A stretch of DNA of 24,418 nt from a virus. Lineage: Duplodnaviria > Caudoviricetes. A model generated the notes under the pieces. It was given only the letters and a program-made list of their open reading frames with translations. It did no database searches and was not told the DNA's origin. The stretch lies in the IMG/VR virus record IMGVR_UViG_3300034120_001476, positions 1-24,418 of that record; one strand, written 5' to 3'. Both the position numbers and the translations under genes were made by a program. Positions 24,364 to 24,418 of the stretch are shown piece by piece; position 1 is the stretch's first letter; each line of letters starts with the position of its first letter.

Positions 24364-24418
24364 GACTCTTCCTCCCGCATCAACTCAGCCATCGCTGCCG
24401 GATCACACGACCCGAGTT
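24360..24418 (-). CDS. 3' end of an upstream gene, truncated by the window edge
   Basis: Reads ...LGSCDPAAMAELMREEES* with its TGA overlapping GTG 24363. Confidence 0.4.
   Translation of the reverse strand, partial: LGSCDPAAMAELMREEES

Larger units (their letters stand above)
1..24418 (-). mobile_element. Tailed phage or prophage genome segment (early hypotheticals, lysis-like, packaging, head and tail modules)
   Basis: Co-oriented terminase, portal, MuF, protease, capsid, neck, tail tube, chaperone and tape measure genes, mostly joined by ATGA/GTGA overlaps. No host genes or att site, so free phage versus prophage cannot be decided. Confidence 0.95.

Overview
The whole 24.4 kb window is one minus-strand, GC-rich, translationally coupled gene block of a tailed dsDNA phage or prophage. 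A siphovirus-like morphology is inferred because there is a tail tube gene and no sheath gene. In transcription order (right to left) it holds: small early hypotheticals; a C5 DNA methyltransferase encoded in two overlapping frames; a membrane-protein/lipoprotein/papain-protease/thioredoxin cassette that looks like a lysis module; beta-rich fibre-like genes; a ParB-DNA methylase; terminase; a portal protein with a large C-terminal extension; MuF; prohead protease/scaffold; major capsid; neck genes; tail tube; a frameshifted tail chaperone; a short tape measure; and tail proteins. Three things stand out. (1) The portal is fused through a linker to a VIP2/Alt-like ADP-ribosyltransferase; candidate prohead-protease sites and an A9 slippery run sit at the domain junctions, suggesting portal-tethered effector loading. 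(2) The cytosine methyltransferase is dual-coded over about 1.05 kb, in the manner of M.EcoHK31I. (3) The putative lysis cassette has a papain-like protease and an exported CxxC thioredoxin instead of any recognisable peptidoglycan hydrolase. All assignments come from motifs and gene order read by eye; no searches were run. No integrase, att site, RNA gene or CRISPR array is visible.
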